Positions 39,575 through 53,213 of a stretch of DNA of 64,000 nt are shown piece after piece (within the stretch, counting starts at the first letter, position 1; every line of letters starts with the position of its first letter). This DNA is from Gnetum montanum. Its lineage: Eukaryota; Plantae; Gnetophyta. Made by a program: the position numbers and the translations under genes. The stretch lies in the NCBI GenBank assembly GCA_015680685.1, contig MNCI01003132.1, forward strand, positions 98,380 to 162,379, read 5' to 3'. The notes beneath the pieces are model-generated. The model was not told where the DNA came from. It saw nothing but the letters and a program-made list of their open reading frames with translations, and did no database searches.

Positions 39575-42257
39575 TGTAACACCCTGCCCTAGCTAGGGTA
39601 GGGTGATGCCTAGGATTAAGTAATCTTAGCATGGAAGCATGATAACTAGAACCAATAATGTGCAGAATACATGATAATAAGAAAGGTGAAATGGTACAAA
39701 ACTTTCCTACCATACCAAAACTAAACATACATCTCATGTCATAAAAATGCATGTCTCTACATCAAGAAAACTATACACTTCTCTGCTAAAGACAAAAACA
39801 CATAAACCTCACCATCGTATATAGAAGAATATAGAGAGTTTCATACAAGGATATCTAGTCCACACTACTATACATGAAAATATACATTAACTGAGCACTG
39901 AATATTTTTTCCTTCTCTACCCTTCCTCTTCATGCTCACCTAGGCTCCTACTCCTTTTACTTATAATTAAATGAAGTTAGTACATAATTGAGTGGGAAGC
40001 CTTTACACTTCCTCTGCTAGATGATCGACAAGTGCTGCACTAGAATAGAGGAGTGGGGTACAAGGCAACCTGCAATAATCATTAGTCTTATGCATGCTCA
40101 AAACAACACACACCATATCACCCATAATGCTAACATACTATCATACAATCACAAATAAAGCCATGGTTTGATATCATCTATCTTGTCCATGTTATCATAT
40201 CCATGATATACAGTTAAAAAATTCATGATCCATACAATCATACCTCAACTAGAACACATATAATCCATGATATGACTCATAGAGCTATACTACCACATAC
40301 ATAGCCCATGTGGTGGCTAGCATCTTCACACTTAGTGTAGCATGTGAAACGTTGCCATAAGTACTTATAACAGCTATTGCCTCTAGGTCTTTTATTAGTA
40401 TTTTATTTATCTAACTAGTGCTAGGGTCCATCAACCTATGAATTGCAACCACTAGACTTCTAGAGGATTGGCAATAGGATAAACACACCTATGCCATGAA
40501 CCAGTTGTAGGGACAAACACACCTACACTCTGCCACTCTAAGGATGAGGCCTAAGAGAGGAGCCTCACTGATGCATCACAATGGGGGTTAATCCATACTA
40601 CCTCTAGGGTGCCTCATCACCAACTAGTCTACACCCTCATGCTAACACCACCTACTAAACATATACACAGTCTGGCTAGCTTAAGCCAATGTATGTCATA
40701 GGCACAACACACCCAAAAAAACATAACAACAAATATTCACCCCTAATAGTTATAGTCATTCCATGAAAATAATACCATGATGCAACAGAAAAATATGAAG
40801 ACCTTAATATGACAAAACAATACTATATTTCTCAAAAGACACTTACTTCCATACAAATGACCACTATAATAACCTTCAAAATGAGATATGCCCAAAGAGA
40901 AAAATAATTTCATGATTATAAAGTACTTTCCAAAATGATCCCAATGAAACTAATTTTACCTAAATTAGACTTCTGGAAGCAAAGTTATGCATGTTCAAAG
41001 TTTGATTAATAAAATAATATTTAATTACCACAAAAAAGGATAGGAACGCACAAAAATACGTATGTCCTAATAGACTCCACAAATAGCATATTCCAATCAT
41101 ATGAGTTTCATCAACACCACATATCCTATGCTACAAGTCCACATCATCCCATATATTACATATATATTAATCCACAATCTGTAACCAAAATCAGATAATT
41201 TTGGAAAAATAGACAAAATAACATGTCCAAGCTCAATCCTTGAGCTATCCATTCCACATGCCCACGTCGCATAATCATATACACTAATTTAGCACAAAAA
41301 TATAGGGAAAAGGTAAAGACAACCCACCAATTACAATTATTGGGTAGAAAGGCCAAAATAAGTAGAATATCCTTAAAAATTTGACAAGACTTCGTTTTAA
41401 TTCCAACAAGTTCTACACCCACATAGATATGACCATAGCAATCCCAAATCTAGGTTTAGAGCAAGTAAAAATCGTCCACAAGGCTCAAAACCAAGAAAAA
41501 AGAAAAGAGTAGAAAGAAAAACAAAAAAAAATAGACTCCTGTGTATTTCTATTTCTATGAACAGAAAAAAAGGAGAACCCAAAATCCAATTTCTCTCACA
41601 AGTGGTGGTGAGGCGGTGGCATGTAAAAGACATAAAAAAACATATCTAATAAAAATATGCATAAAGCATGTACTTTATGTTAACTAACATAACGATGCCC
41701 TTTTCTCACATGATGTGAGGTTACTTTTTGTTTTTTCTCATTTGCATTATTTATATTTCTATTTTTTATGAACGAATGATTTTCATAAGTTATTTTTATT
41801 TTTCATCTTTTCAATTAATACCGTAAACTTTAATCATGTGTAACAGACACATTGAGACTCCAAATCAAAATCCATTTCAACCTATGAGATCCTTATCATT
41901 TGCTCTACACATTCACATGCCAAAACCACACCCAAACATCACACAACATAGTTCTATAGTACAAATGCCAAAATACTAAAATTTCACATAAAACATAAAA
42001 ACATACTAGATAGATGTTATTGTACCCCAATCCAACACCCCTGCCAGCAACATCACCTATCTAACACATCACATAGTGCTAGTGTACACAATCACGTTAG
42101 TGAGGCATGTAAAGACATCATAATCATAACATAAAGACAAAGCCTCATAACATATAAAATACATTAACTCATCCCCAAAAATCCATTGAGACTCCACATA
42201 TAATGTATAAATCATTAGTAGATGACCATACCTACTGTCTATGGATGGGATGTAACA
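39575..42257. mobile_element. Solo LTR (chromovirus/Tekay-like termini) inserted in the RT of element C
   Basis: Termini TGTAACACCC...GGGATGTAACA; TSD GTTAG/ATTAG; removing it restores RT YSTWLANHVLVRKKNG; no coding domains inside. Confidence 0.85.
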
Positions 42258-45200
42258 ATTAGCAAGCCATGTTGAATATCAAACTAGATATATAATTCAG
42301 GCTTGTAATAACTTCTTGATCTCAGCTTCCATAGCTAGTTCAAATGATGGATTGAATTTCCTATATTTTTTCTTAATGGTTTTACAACCTTTTATTAAGG
42401 GAATTTTATGTATCATCACATCTAGTCTAAAAGCTTTAAGATCATCATAAGACTAAGCAAAATTGTCCAAATCATTTTCTAGTAGTAATAACAAGTTTTT
42501 CTTGAAAACTGAATTCTTTTCATTTGTAATATTTAACATCTTTGGCACCTTATTAGATCCAAGATTTACTTCTTCGAAAGCTTGATCATTGGAATTTACT
42601 TCATGTTCATAATGAATTATCCTTTTAGGAATGAAATTCACCTTAGATTTCAACATTGCCTTAGGTACAAATTGACCTTCAAATTCTTGTTTGTTTCTCA
42701 TAAACCTAAGTATTTGATTATCATCTTCAAATACTTACAAATGTTTATGTTATCTGATACTAATGGTTGATGTTCTTCTTCAATCATTACACATCCATAT
42801 CCTTCTATCTTTTACATGTCCAATGTCGAAGCTGCTTTTGCTAAGTCATCTACTATATAATTATCTTCTCTAACTATATGTTCTATCTAGTAGTGTTGAA
42901 ACTATTCTAACATTTTATAGACAAGTTGTTTATAAGGTTGTAAAAATGAGATTTTCACTATGCAATTACCTTTAACTTGTTTACAAACTAATATTGAATC
43001 TTCTTTTATAGTGATTACCTTAATTCCTTTTTCAAAAGATAATCTAATACCAATACACAAAGCTTCATATTCAGCCTTGTTGTTAGTACAATGGAAAGAT
43101 AGATGAATCGCCTTTAGAATTTCTAGTGAATCATTTCTTACTATAACTATCCTAGCTCCTACACCTTTAGAATTACATGAGCCATCAAAGTACAATTCCA
43201 ATTTGTTCTTCTCTTTGGATTCTTCATTTTTGGAACTATAAGTTTGTTGGAGTGTACAAATTTTGTTTCAAAAGTCTTTGTTTCAATAATTTTACCTATT
43301 CCATTTGAAGTAATATTATCAATCATCAAAGGTTCACTATACACATATATTTCGTTTTGTTCTCCTCTCCAAGGTAGCCACATGTGCAAATAATCTGTTG
43401 ATATGTAACCTAAGAAATTATTACTCCAACTACTACTCAATAAAAGACTATGTGAGTATGGTATATCTACCACTTGAATAGTTACTCTACTTTTGACACA
43501 GGGTTTAAAAGCGATTTCTAATAGAACATTTGGTAATTGACCCACAATCTTTACTCGTGTCCACTTGAATAATCTTTTTATTTGATTATTCAGGAATCAA
43601 ACCAAGTTTCTTGCATCTAAACAATGGCATTATAGTAGATGTGGCTTCAGAATCAACCAAACAATTGTGCAGATATTTATCCTTTAACTTCAATGTTAAA
43701 AGAAAAGGAGGAGTTTCTTTATAAGGAATANTGTTTCAAAAGTCTTTGTTTCAACAATTTTACCTATTCCATTTGAAGTAATATTATCAATCATCAAAGG
43801 TTCACTATACACATATATTTCGTTTTGTTCTCCTCTCCAAGGTAGCCACATGTGCAAATAATCTGTTGATATGTAACCTAAGAAATTATTACTCCAACTA
43901 CTACTCAATAAAAGACTATGTGAGTATGGTATATCTACCACTTGAATAGTTACTCTACTTTTGACACAGGGTTTAAAAGCGATTTCTAATAGAACATTTG
44001 GTAATTGACCCACAATCTTTACTCGTGTCCACTTGAATAATCTTTTTATTTGATTATTCAGGAATCAAACCAAGTTTCTTGCATATAAACAATGGCATTA
44101 TAGTAGATGTGGCTTCAGAATCAACCAAACAATTGTGCAGATATTTATCCTTTAACTTCAATGTTAAAAGAAAAGGAGGAGTTTCTTTATAAGGAATACA
44201 ATCATAAGTAGCCTTTAATCTCATTGTTATTAGACACATAACTTAACTCTAATTCTCTAACCCTTCTTTTGCCTTTAATAAACTCTAAAGTCTTTCTTTG
44301 TTGATCTCCTATTTGTAGTAATTGATATATGTTAATATTGGCCCTGGCATGTTTAATATCTTCAATAAAATCATATTCTCCATCTCTAATAAAGCTTGGT
44401 TTCTTTATCCATTTATTGAAAGATTGATTTGAAGTACTTTGTTCTACTTGATCCTCTTTACTCTTATTTTTCTATCTTCTACTTGGCTCAAAAGCCTTTC
44501 TCTAATGAGATGGATCAGTAATGACATTTGGAGGTCTAGAAGTAGTTAGTCTTTCTTTTGATCTCAGATTATATCCATTTTCCTCATTGTTATTACACTC
44601 CTCATATGAGGATATATCTTCTTTAGAACTTGATAGAGAAGAAGTCTCATTAGACCTAGAATTGGATTGGCTTGCATAATGAACACTAGATAGCTCATTA
44701 TCAAATTCAATATTAAGGAATTTGGACATAATAAGATCACTATCCTCCTCATCTTATACTAACTTAGTGTCATGATATTTATGTATTCTATTTTTCTTTT
44801 CCTCCTTGATATTAACTCTTGCCAAAGCTTTTTCTAGTTTCACTATTTTGTTGGACATATCTTGCATTAATTGTCCCTTTTCAAATTCTCTTCTTTTAGG
44901 TTGTTTCTCAATCTTAACATGAGATGGCCCTAGTAAATTTTTAAATTTAGCAAAATCTTGCATAGGAATCATAACGTTTTCTTCTTTCTTTTGAGTTGTA
45001 ACAATCTCTTCATGATTCAAGTTCAACTATTTTTCTAACTGTATAGCTTTACTAAAGTAGTCATTTAGTGTAGTTAAGTTTATAGTTCTTGTTAACCAAA
45101 TTGAAATGTTGGGGTTGATAGCCTTAAGATAAGTTTCTCAAAGCATTTCGTTTGATGGTCTATACTGTCTTTGAAAGAGACCACAAATTAATTGAAATTT

Positions 45201-45809
45201 GATGTTAAAATATCTAATTGATTCTTTGAGTCCTTGCTTAGTTTGTATTATCCCACAATATAGTTTTTGTTGATCTAATTGATCACCAAATTGGGCTAAT
45301 AAAAGACTTTTCATATCATCCCAACTTGTGATATTGTTGCTTAGCAAGTTTGAATACCAAATCTGAGCCATGTCCTTTAGATTTGTTATAAATAATCTAT
45401 AGGCTTGATCTTGGTGTTGAATATTTGCATGAGCTAAAGTTAACTCAAACATGTGAATATACTCTTTAGTTAAGTAAGCTTTTCCAGGAATAAAAGGCTC
45501 AAGTAAATATTTATAAACTATCTTAGAAATATCATTGTAGTTTTGAAATTCTAATGGTGTGACTCTTTGCCAAGGATTTACCATCTTATTCCTTTGGATT
45601 GTTGGACTCTTATACTTCTTAGATCTCCTCTTATAAACTAACAAAACAGATAGAAAAGGTGATCCTCTCAACCTTCTATTCTTTAATCCACTACTTGTTC
45701 CAAACTTAGAAACCTTCTTTTGTCCTTTTTTTGATGAACAATCAGTCTTATAATCAAGAATTTTCTTTGAACCTTTGAAACTTTTTAAACTATCAATCTT
45801 GTTACTCAT
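42258..45809 (-). pseudogene. gag-pol: gag-PR-aRH-RT(N-terminal) remnant of element C
   Basis: gag LFITNLKDMAQIWYSNL...ITSWDDMK...KQGLKESIRYF; PR NCLVDSEAT; aRH LYFDGS...TNNKAEYEAL...EDSILV...VDDLAK (42830-43201); RT start EEVNLG. Confidence 0.9.
43264..44198. other. 467 bp direct duplication straddling an N (probable assembly artefact)
   Basis: 43264-43730 and 43732-44198 differ at only two positions I could find and are separated by a single N. Confidence 0.85.
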
Positions 45810-45910
45810 GAATTGAAAATAGAATTTAATTTCTTAAGCCTTTATAGTAACAAATAATTGTAGATATGCTAGGACTATCAGGCTTATGAACTTAGAAGAT
45901 AAATTTTTAG

Positions 45911-45927
45911 CCCTTCTTCTAGTGCCA
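45911..45927 (-). other. Primer binding site (tRNA-Asn type) of element C
   Basis: CCCTTCTTCTAGTGCCA versus plant tRNA-Asn 3' end CCCTCCTTCTAGCGCCA (two C>T). Confidence 0.75.
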
Positions 45928-45934
45928 AAAGAGC

Positions 45935-48780
45935 TATTAGCAACCATTTGGGATGCAACCACCAATGAGTGCCTTGAACAGGGTTTAGGTGCTCATTGGT
46001 ATTTGGAAACATGAAGGCCCAAATACCTCTAAATAGACTTAGTAGTTAAACATGAGTATGTGTTTTCTATTTTGAATGTTGAAATAGTTGTGTTGCATAT
46101 AAAACTATAATCGACTATCATAAAAGCGATTTGGACAACTTTGTACAATACTGTGAGTTGTTAGAGATTCCTATTTTGTTCAATCACTTAGTCTATATGG
46201 TCATTATCATACCTACTTGTAACAAATAAAATTTTACAAAAACCATTTGAGTAGGATTCTGCTAATCTACTTCTAATTTTCCCAAGAGAGAGAAAGTTCC
46301 ATAAGAAAAGTATAAATAGAGCAAGATTCAATGGAAAGAAAAATAAAAGAAAGAAGATTTGTGTAAAAATCTCAAATATTTAAGCAAGGTAAATTAATAT
46401 GATGAAACAATTTACAATAAATTTGTCCCTAATTCAATATCTATGAATTTTTCAAACATTCTAGGGTCAAACAAGCAATCTCTTAAAGACAATTCTACTA
46501 TACTATCAAAAATTGCTACATAAACTACCACGTATGAGTCTCTATTTTAGCTAGATAATAGTTGTTAACAATTGCATTCAACATAGCTTTCAAAGATTTG
46601 AAAATTTCTTATTGAAATACCAAGGGGATATACTTTAAAAATCAAGAAGCTATTTTAGTCCTATCAAAATACCAAAGATTCTTTTGAATCCTCTAGACTA
46701 TTGAATTGCTCAATTGGCTTGTCTATAGTAGAGGCTCTCTTACAACAATCCTAATAGTAGCCTTAAACATTGCATAATAATAAAATTCTCTATTAAATTA
46801 CTCTTGAGGCTTTTCAACATGAGCTCTTCTATGGAAAATCTTAATAGGAGTTTACTATCACGCAATAAAGAACTATAAAAGTAATCTAAAAATTCCAAAT
46901 TTAAATGTTAAGCAGGATACTACCTAAACCATTAACTAAGAAATTAAAACAAAATAGGAAAGAATGAACTCACAGGATTAAGACAAATTAGTTAAAATGA
47001 TGTCTTTAGCAAGCCATCTTACAAGAAATCTTCAAATTTCTTCTTTTCAAAAATCTTCCCCTTTCCTTTGATTCTACCTTTGAAGCCTTTTTATAGTGCT
47101 TTAAGGTAGTTACATTCATCATAACAAGTTAAGGTGGGTTACAAATATCTAAGGAATTTACTCATAACTCCTTGGGAAGTTATAACTTCCATAACAAGTT
47201 ATGAGAAAATTAAGCTAAAATTGACATGTGTCTCCTTGGTGATGGAAAAAAGTAAAATAAACTACAAATATCTTGAAGTGTGGGTTAAACCAACATAGGA
47301 AGTTATAACTTTTCTAAAAGGAATAATGCCCAAATGTCATAAATTTCTCTCCTTCATTGTGATTTTTTTAAATGAAACTTTTCCTTTATATTAAATTTAA
47401 ATTATCTAAGCTTATACTATAACCTTATGTTCATGTTATTTCTTTCCCTTGAGCATTGGGAAATAAAACTACTTCTTTCTTTTTCCTTTAAATTCATTCA
47501 TGATTAATATAACAAAGGTTTAATGCTTTGCTGAATGGCCCTCATCTTTTTCCTTTGACGCCATTGATTTTGGTGGAATTTATGAAGTAGCAGTTTCAAA
47601 TGAAGCTTGATTGATGCAGTAGCTATACCTATGTAAGATTTGCCTCATAGTAAAGCTCAAATCTTAACATGTTAATCATCAAGGCTGTGATTAGGGAGTA
47701 AAGTGTACATGTGGTATTCCAATGGCTACCATCCTCAACTCTACTAAAACCCTCAACACATTGCAATGATTCTACACCCATGCTACCTGCACCTCTACCT
47801 AAGCCTAAGCCTAAGTGGTCACTGTGCTCATCATCTTGTCTTGCTAATGCATTTTTTTATTCTTTTTCTTTTGCATATGCTTCTACATGATTTTAGGAAA
47901 AATGCCCCAAAAGTTTCTAAGGCGGCAAAAGGCATTTTCTTAGACAAATAAAAGCCTATGCAAGATCAATGGCTTTGTTAAACAAACCAAGAAATGGAAT
48001 GTTAAATCAAAACCATTTATAGGTGTTGGTAATCAAAAATGATGTGAGGGGCAACTAAGCCAATTGGAGAAAACACAATACATTCATCATATGGGGTGTT
48101 AATTTACATGTTTTTATTTGTTTATATGTGTTGGTAAATGGGTTTATCACTAATATTGACTACACTATTCCTACCATTTTTCATAAAACCTCCATCATGT
48201 TGTTTCATCTTTCATCTTCTTTCTTGCATCATGAACAATTTTTATTATTTCCTAGGAATCTTTTCATGCAATCTAACTTTGCCTTGAAAAAAATGCTGAG
48301 GAAACCACTATTTTAATGGTAAACCATCAATCATGTGTGGTAATATATCTTTGAATTTTTCCAAGACCCTCCTCTTAGTTTCACATGCTTTTGGTTTGAA
48401 GATGTAGGTTTTGCACAACAATTAGTAAACTATCTTGGTAAACCCCTGCATAATCTAAAACTGAGGATTTTTGAATCCCTTATCTACTGATTTTGCTGAC
48501 ATTATGTAGTTCTAAGAATTTCTAGTTATTTTCCTTAAACAAAAAATCAACAAGCACTGGGTTCTCATCCTGCTGCCACTTGATAATTTTTAAATTCCTT
48601 CACAATAATCCCAATATGTAACGTTTCATGCTCATACTTTTAACAAAGTATATTTTTGGGTTGGCTTTCCTTTGCTTATTATTTTTATTATATATATGTA
48701 TATATTTTAAAATTTGTAAACTAAATTAAGTATCAAATCAACCAACACTACTCCATAAAATTGCAAAAAATGCATCAATA
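45935..48780 (-). repeat. 5' LTR of element C
   Basis: TATTAGCA...CATCAATA (termini decayed from TG...CA). Confidence 0.93.
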
Positions 48781-48972
48781 GTCCCTTAGAACCTTGGGAG
48801 CCTCCATCGCCTAGGATTGTTTAAACTTCTCCATCGTCTTCACACCATCAAAGGAGAATGTGTTTATCAAATTTTATTCTAGTATTCAATTTTGTAGTCC
48901 TAAACACTAGAAAATTTTGTAATGATTGTATATCTATACACTTAGGCACTTAGTGTTTGTTTTTGTTTGTTT

Positions 48973-51900
48973 ATTTCAACACTCAAGATCAGAAAATGGA
49001 AGCAAACAAACATTTATTGCACACAAACTTATTATAGAGCCTTAGGGATGCTTAGACAAGAACGCTTAGAAGACACACTATGTTGCTCTTCTGGTTTCTC
49101 TATCTAATACCTCTAAGGTATGTACATACTACCCTTTTATAGGAGAAGAGGTACCTCTCAAGACTTCAAGGAATAAGAAGGAACAAATTCTTTCTTATCT
49201 GATATAGTAGAGCAATCATTCAAAAAAGTAAAAGACTGACTCTTCAAGAAAGGAGATGGTAAAGTAACTACAGGACTGACTCTTCAAAAAAGTAAAAGGC
49301 AAAGGGGGCCTCCCGATGGAGGCATTAAGGAGTGTTAGCCAAGTCATCATTATTACCAGGAGTCTCTCCACTTTTTGAACTGGTGAAAAAATCTAGATAC
49401 CATTCTTGATCTACTTGCCAACCTACTAGATGGACAAGATGATCATACCCACCATTTTGTCAAAATCTAGCAACTCTGGAATCCAAGTTGGATATTTCTA
49501 AGGTTTGATTTATAAGCCCATTTTGACAATAATTCTCTTGAATATCATAGGGAATACTAGTGTAAACATTCTAGTAAAAAGCGTATCCCCATGGAGCTTC
49601 CCAAAAAAGCCTTTTTGAAATACAAGTACTTAAATAATAAAAAGCGAGACGACCTTGGTTGATGAAATGCTAGCCATGGGATTGTTGATTTTTGTAGTAA
49701 AGAAAATCATCTCTATGACTAGATAATTGATGGTAAAGGCTTCTTAGATAGTTTAGAGGTGTATACCTAGGAGAATGACTGTATCTGACCCACCATGGCC
49801 AAAATGCATGGTTTTTTGGGTCTGGTGTAGCTATGGGATTTATTTCAATAGTGTATATATGACAAGGACTTGGTTGTCTTAATGGCCAATCCATAGATAG
49901 AGGGTTAAATAGTTCTTCAAATTCCATAAGTTGAATTTCTACAAAGGTTGAAAGGTGGAGGTAAGGGGGTAAGTCAACATTATTTAAAGACAACAATAAT
50001 TATGGATGTCTTCTTTCATCAAAAGTTATTAAAATGGTCTGTGCAACCATATGATAGGGGTTGAAGGCTTTGGAGGTTTCTATGAAATTTAGCCAGTTTG
50101 TGGAATGCTAGAGTCAGACTTGGTGTTGTTCAAGAATAGGCATGTATGTTTCATTGGTTTGAAAACTTCTAATCCTCCTAGAATACTGAAGAGTACAACC
50201 TTCTACTTCAAACAAACCTATAAACATATTTAGAAAATCAAACAAAGATTAGTACTTAGGAGAGATGAAACACTTTTGTTAGGAAATCTGCTAAACTATT
50301 ATTCTTATCACTAATATATTGTATTTTAAAACTAAAATTAGCAAGAAATAAAGACCATATTATTAAATGGGTGTGCACAACCTTATTAAGATTTTTAACT
50401 TGAAAATGTTTTTCAAAGTGCTTAAAGTGACTTCTTATAATGAATTCTTTTTCTTGTAAGAAGAGTCTAAAGCTTTCAATTCCTTTGATAATAGCTAGCA
50501 ATTCTTCATGCATACTATGATAGTTCTTTTGATTTGGTGAGAACTTACCGAAACCATACCTACAAATATAAATTATCCCATCTTTATCCTCTTTTAAGAC
50601 TGCTCCCTAATATTCATCAGATGCATTAGTTTCTACTATTAGAGTTCCATCTATTGGTAGTCGTAGCTGAGGTAGGGTTTTACAATGTGCTTTAATTCTT
50701 CTTACTATGTTTGTGTGTTGGGTAGTCTATGTTACAATGTTGTTACTAATTTGTTCATTTAGTCACTTACAATCTTTAGCTAAATCTTTGTAAAATCCAG
50801 ACACATAATTAACATAGCCTAAGAAGTGTTGTAATTTAGAAATTACTTCAAGGACATGAGATTAGAGTGTAACTTTTCCATGGATAATTTCTAACCCAAG
50901 GAATTAAATCTTTTTTTGTGCTATTTTCATTTTTATTGGTGAGAGTACTAATCCATTCTTGTCTACCAATTGGAAAAACTATTCAAGATGCTCTAGATGT
51001 TGAGTGGCATCTTTACTCATTATTAAAATATCATCACTATATAATATAATAAAGGAAAAATAGGAGAACATTTTATCCATTATTTGTTTGAAAATGGAAG
51101 GAGATTTTTTAATTCCAAAAGGCAAAATAGTCCATTCATATGGCCCACTTGGAATAGTGAAAGTAGTTTTCCATCGATCCTCTGAGTACACATGGATTTA
51201 CCAAATATCATATTTTAAATCAAATTCGGAGTAGATGTGTGTGTTTGGTAGATTTTGAAATAAATCATCCTTGCTAGGGATTGGATGCTACATGAATTTA
51301 ATTAATTCATTTCAAGGTTTATAATTAACAGCTAATGTCTTTTAACCATTAATTTTCTTTGTCCTTTTATTTACATAAAAGGAAACACAAGAGAACATGT
51401 TTGTGCTAGGTTGCATTAATCATTTTTGCAAAAGTTGATTTATTTCTATGTCACATTCGTTTTTCAACTCAAGTGAAATTCCTATGTGGTGCGCTTTTGC
51501 TTTAATTTTAATTTTTTCTTTTAAATCAATATGACACCACTGCTATTTTTTTCATCGAAAAGTTGTTGGATCATTGGATGCTACTACTAGCAGTTCTTCT
51601 TTTATTTTCATAAATTACTCCACTTTCTTACTTACTTGGTTAACTATCCATTGGGTACTACCTATTTTTTGAGGTACTATAGTTTCAAACCTTATTTTAT
51701 TCTATGATAAATCCAGATGTTGGAAGTTTTTTAAAATTATGGTAGTATTAGTTATGGTATAGGGCTCAAACTGACTAAAATTATCTATACCTATCAAAAG
51801 ATCATAAGAAGGGAGATCTAATTAAAATATTTTAAAGAAAATTATGGAATTATCTAGAGCTAAGATAAGAAGGCCTTCTTCAAATTCTATGATACATTTT

Positions 51901-52975
51901 TACATGTTAAAGGCAACATGCAATGTTCTTCTAGGCTTCCATAAAAATGAAGGTAAAATGCCAGGTATTCCTAATGATATTTTTGCTCAGTTGTGTAGTA
52001 AAGAATCTACTAGATATGCATTAAATGAAGGTAACTTAATCAAGAATGTACACATGAAAATAGTGGCTTTTTTGTATTTTATTTTCATTGATTATATTTA
52101 TAGGTAAGGTTGTTTTACTAGTTTCCTCTTAATACTGAAGTGTTTGTTTACTATCCTCTTCTAAGGTTAACTTTTGAATTTATTTAGATGTCCATTCCAT
52201 AAAGATTTTTAACCATTGGATCCTATATTTTCTCCACATGGATCTTGTTAACTCAGGTTGGATTTTTCTAGGTTCTTTTCATAAAGAATGTTTAGAAGGA
52301 ATATCTTCTTTTTCTTCTAAAAGCTTTTCTAATTCTTCGATGTCTTCATTAGTCGAAGCATATGGTTGAGTGTCTAAAAAAACCTGTCTTTCTTTCTTTA
52401 AGTGTCTTTTGTGTAACTTTAGTTCTTTTTTCATTTCTTGTAGTTGTTTTTCTACAACCATATACTTAGAGATGTTTTCTATAGGTGTTCGTTTTAATTT
52501 ACTTTTTAAGAAACTAACCTAATTTTCTATTTCCATCTAGGTTGGGTCTTCTTCACGCTAGAGGGATATTTTTAAAAGATTTTTATATTTTTGATGGTGA
52601 CTATGGGATGAAGATGAAGAAGGACGTCTATTCATGTTATTAAAATAACAAACATCAAAATTCGATGAATGAGAAGAATTAGGAAATTCATCTGCCTCTC
52701 CCCTATAGGAAAAACAAGCTGGTGACTCATTAGAATATTCATTGGAGGTTTTAGGAAGAATTTCCCCATGTTGAAATGGAAAATGTTCATTAGAGATATA
52801 GTTAACATATTGCTTTGAGGCATTGTATTTCTAAAGGAAATTTACCTTTTTTGGATGTTGATTCTTTTGAGGACATTAGTTTGAGAAGTGGGGTCCATTG
52901 CACAGAAAGCATTTAACATATTTCCATGGTAATTTCTTAGAATGATGTTTAAATAGTTCTCAAAAAGTTTTAAAG
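48973..52975 (-). mobile_element. Endogenous caulimovirid, partial inverted copy (Zn knuckle-AP-RT-RH-ORF2-promoter-R)
   Basis: DRWKTTFTIPSGPYEWTILPFGIK...LYSDDILI; ELLAIIKGIESFRLFL; reverse complement of 53212-56951 and 59655-59914. Confidence 0.92.
49325..50227 (-). pseudogene. Viral ORF2 (300 codons, no frameshift), unknown function
   Basis: ATG 50227 to TAA 49325 in one frame with a few TAG/TGA/TAA stops; homologous to 55726-56599. Confidence 0.75.
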
Positions 52976-53213
52976 GGTCACCCTACTATATCAGATAAGA
53001 AAGAATTTTTTCCTTCTTATCCCTTGATGTCTTGAAAGGTGCCTCCTCTCCTATAAAAGGGTATTATGTACATACCTTAAAGGTATTAGAAACAGAAACT
53101 AGAGGAGCATCATAGTATGCTTCGAAGCATTCCTATCTAAGCATCCCTAAGGCTCTATAATAAGTTTCTATGCAATAAAATTTTTCTTGCTTCCATTTTC
53201 TGATCTTGAGTGC
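52971..53213 (+). promoter_or_regulatory. Extra copy of viral promoter/terminal-redundancy (R) region
   Basis: TATAAAAG at 53052 and AATAAA at 53174; direct repeat of 56702-56946. Confidence 0.85.

Larger units (their letters stand above)
34597..48780 (-). mobile_element. Tat-lineage Ty3/gypsy element with PR-aRH-RT order (element C)
   Basis: ~2.84 kb LTRs at 34597-37435 and 45935-48780; TSD GTCCT/GTCCC; tRNA-Asn-type PBS; gag, PR, archaeal-type RNase H, RT and INT remnants on the minus strand. Confidence 0.92.

Noticed and set aside
43264-44198. Apparent tandem duplication of the protease region
   Set aside because: Near-identical copies either side of a single N in an otherwise heavily decayed element; most likely an unmerged contig overlap.
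51844-52107. ORF MELSRA... present in both viral copies (also 53787-54080 minus)
   Set aside because: Antisense shadow of the protease frame; stop positions differ between the copies.
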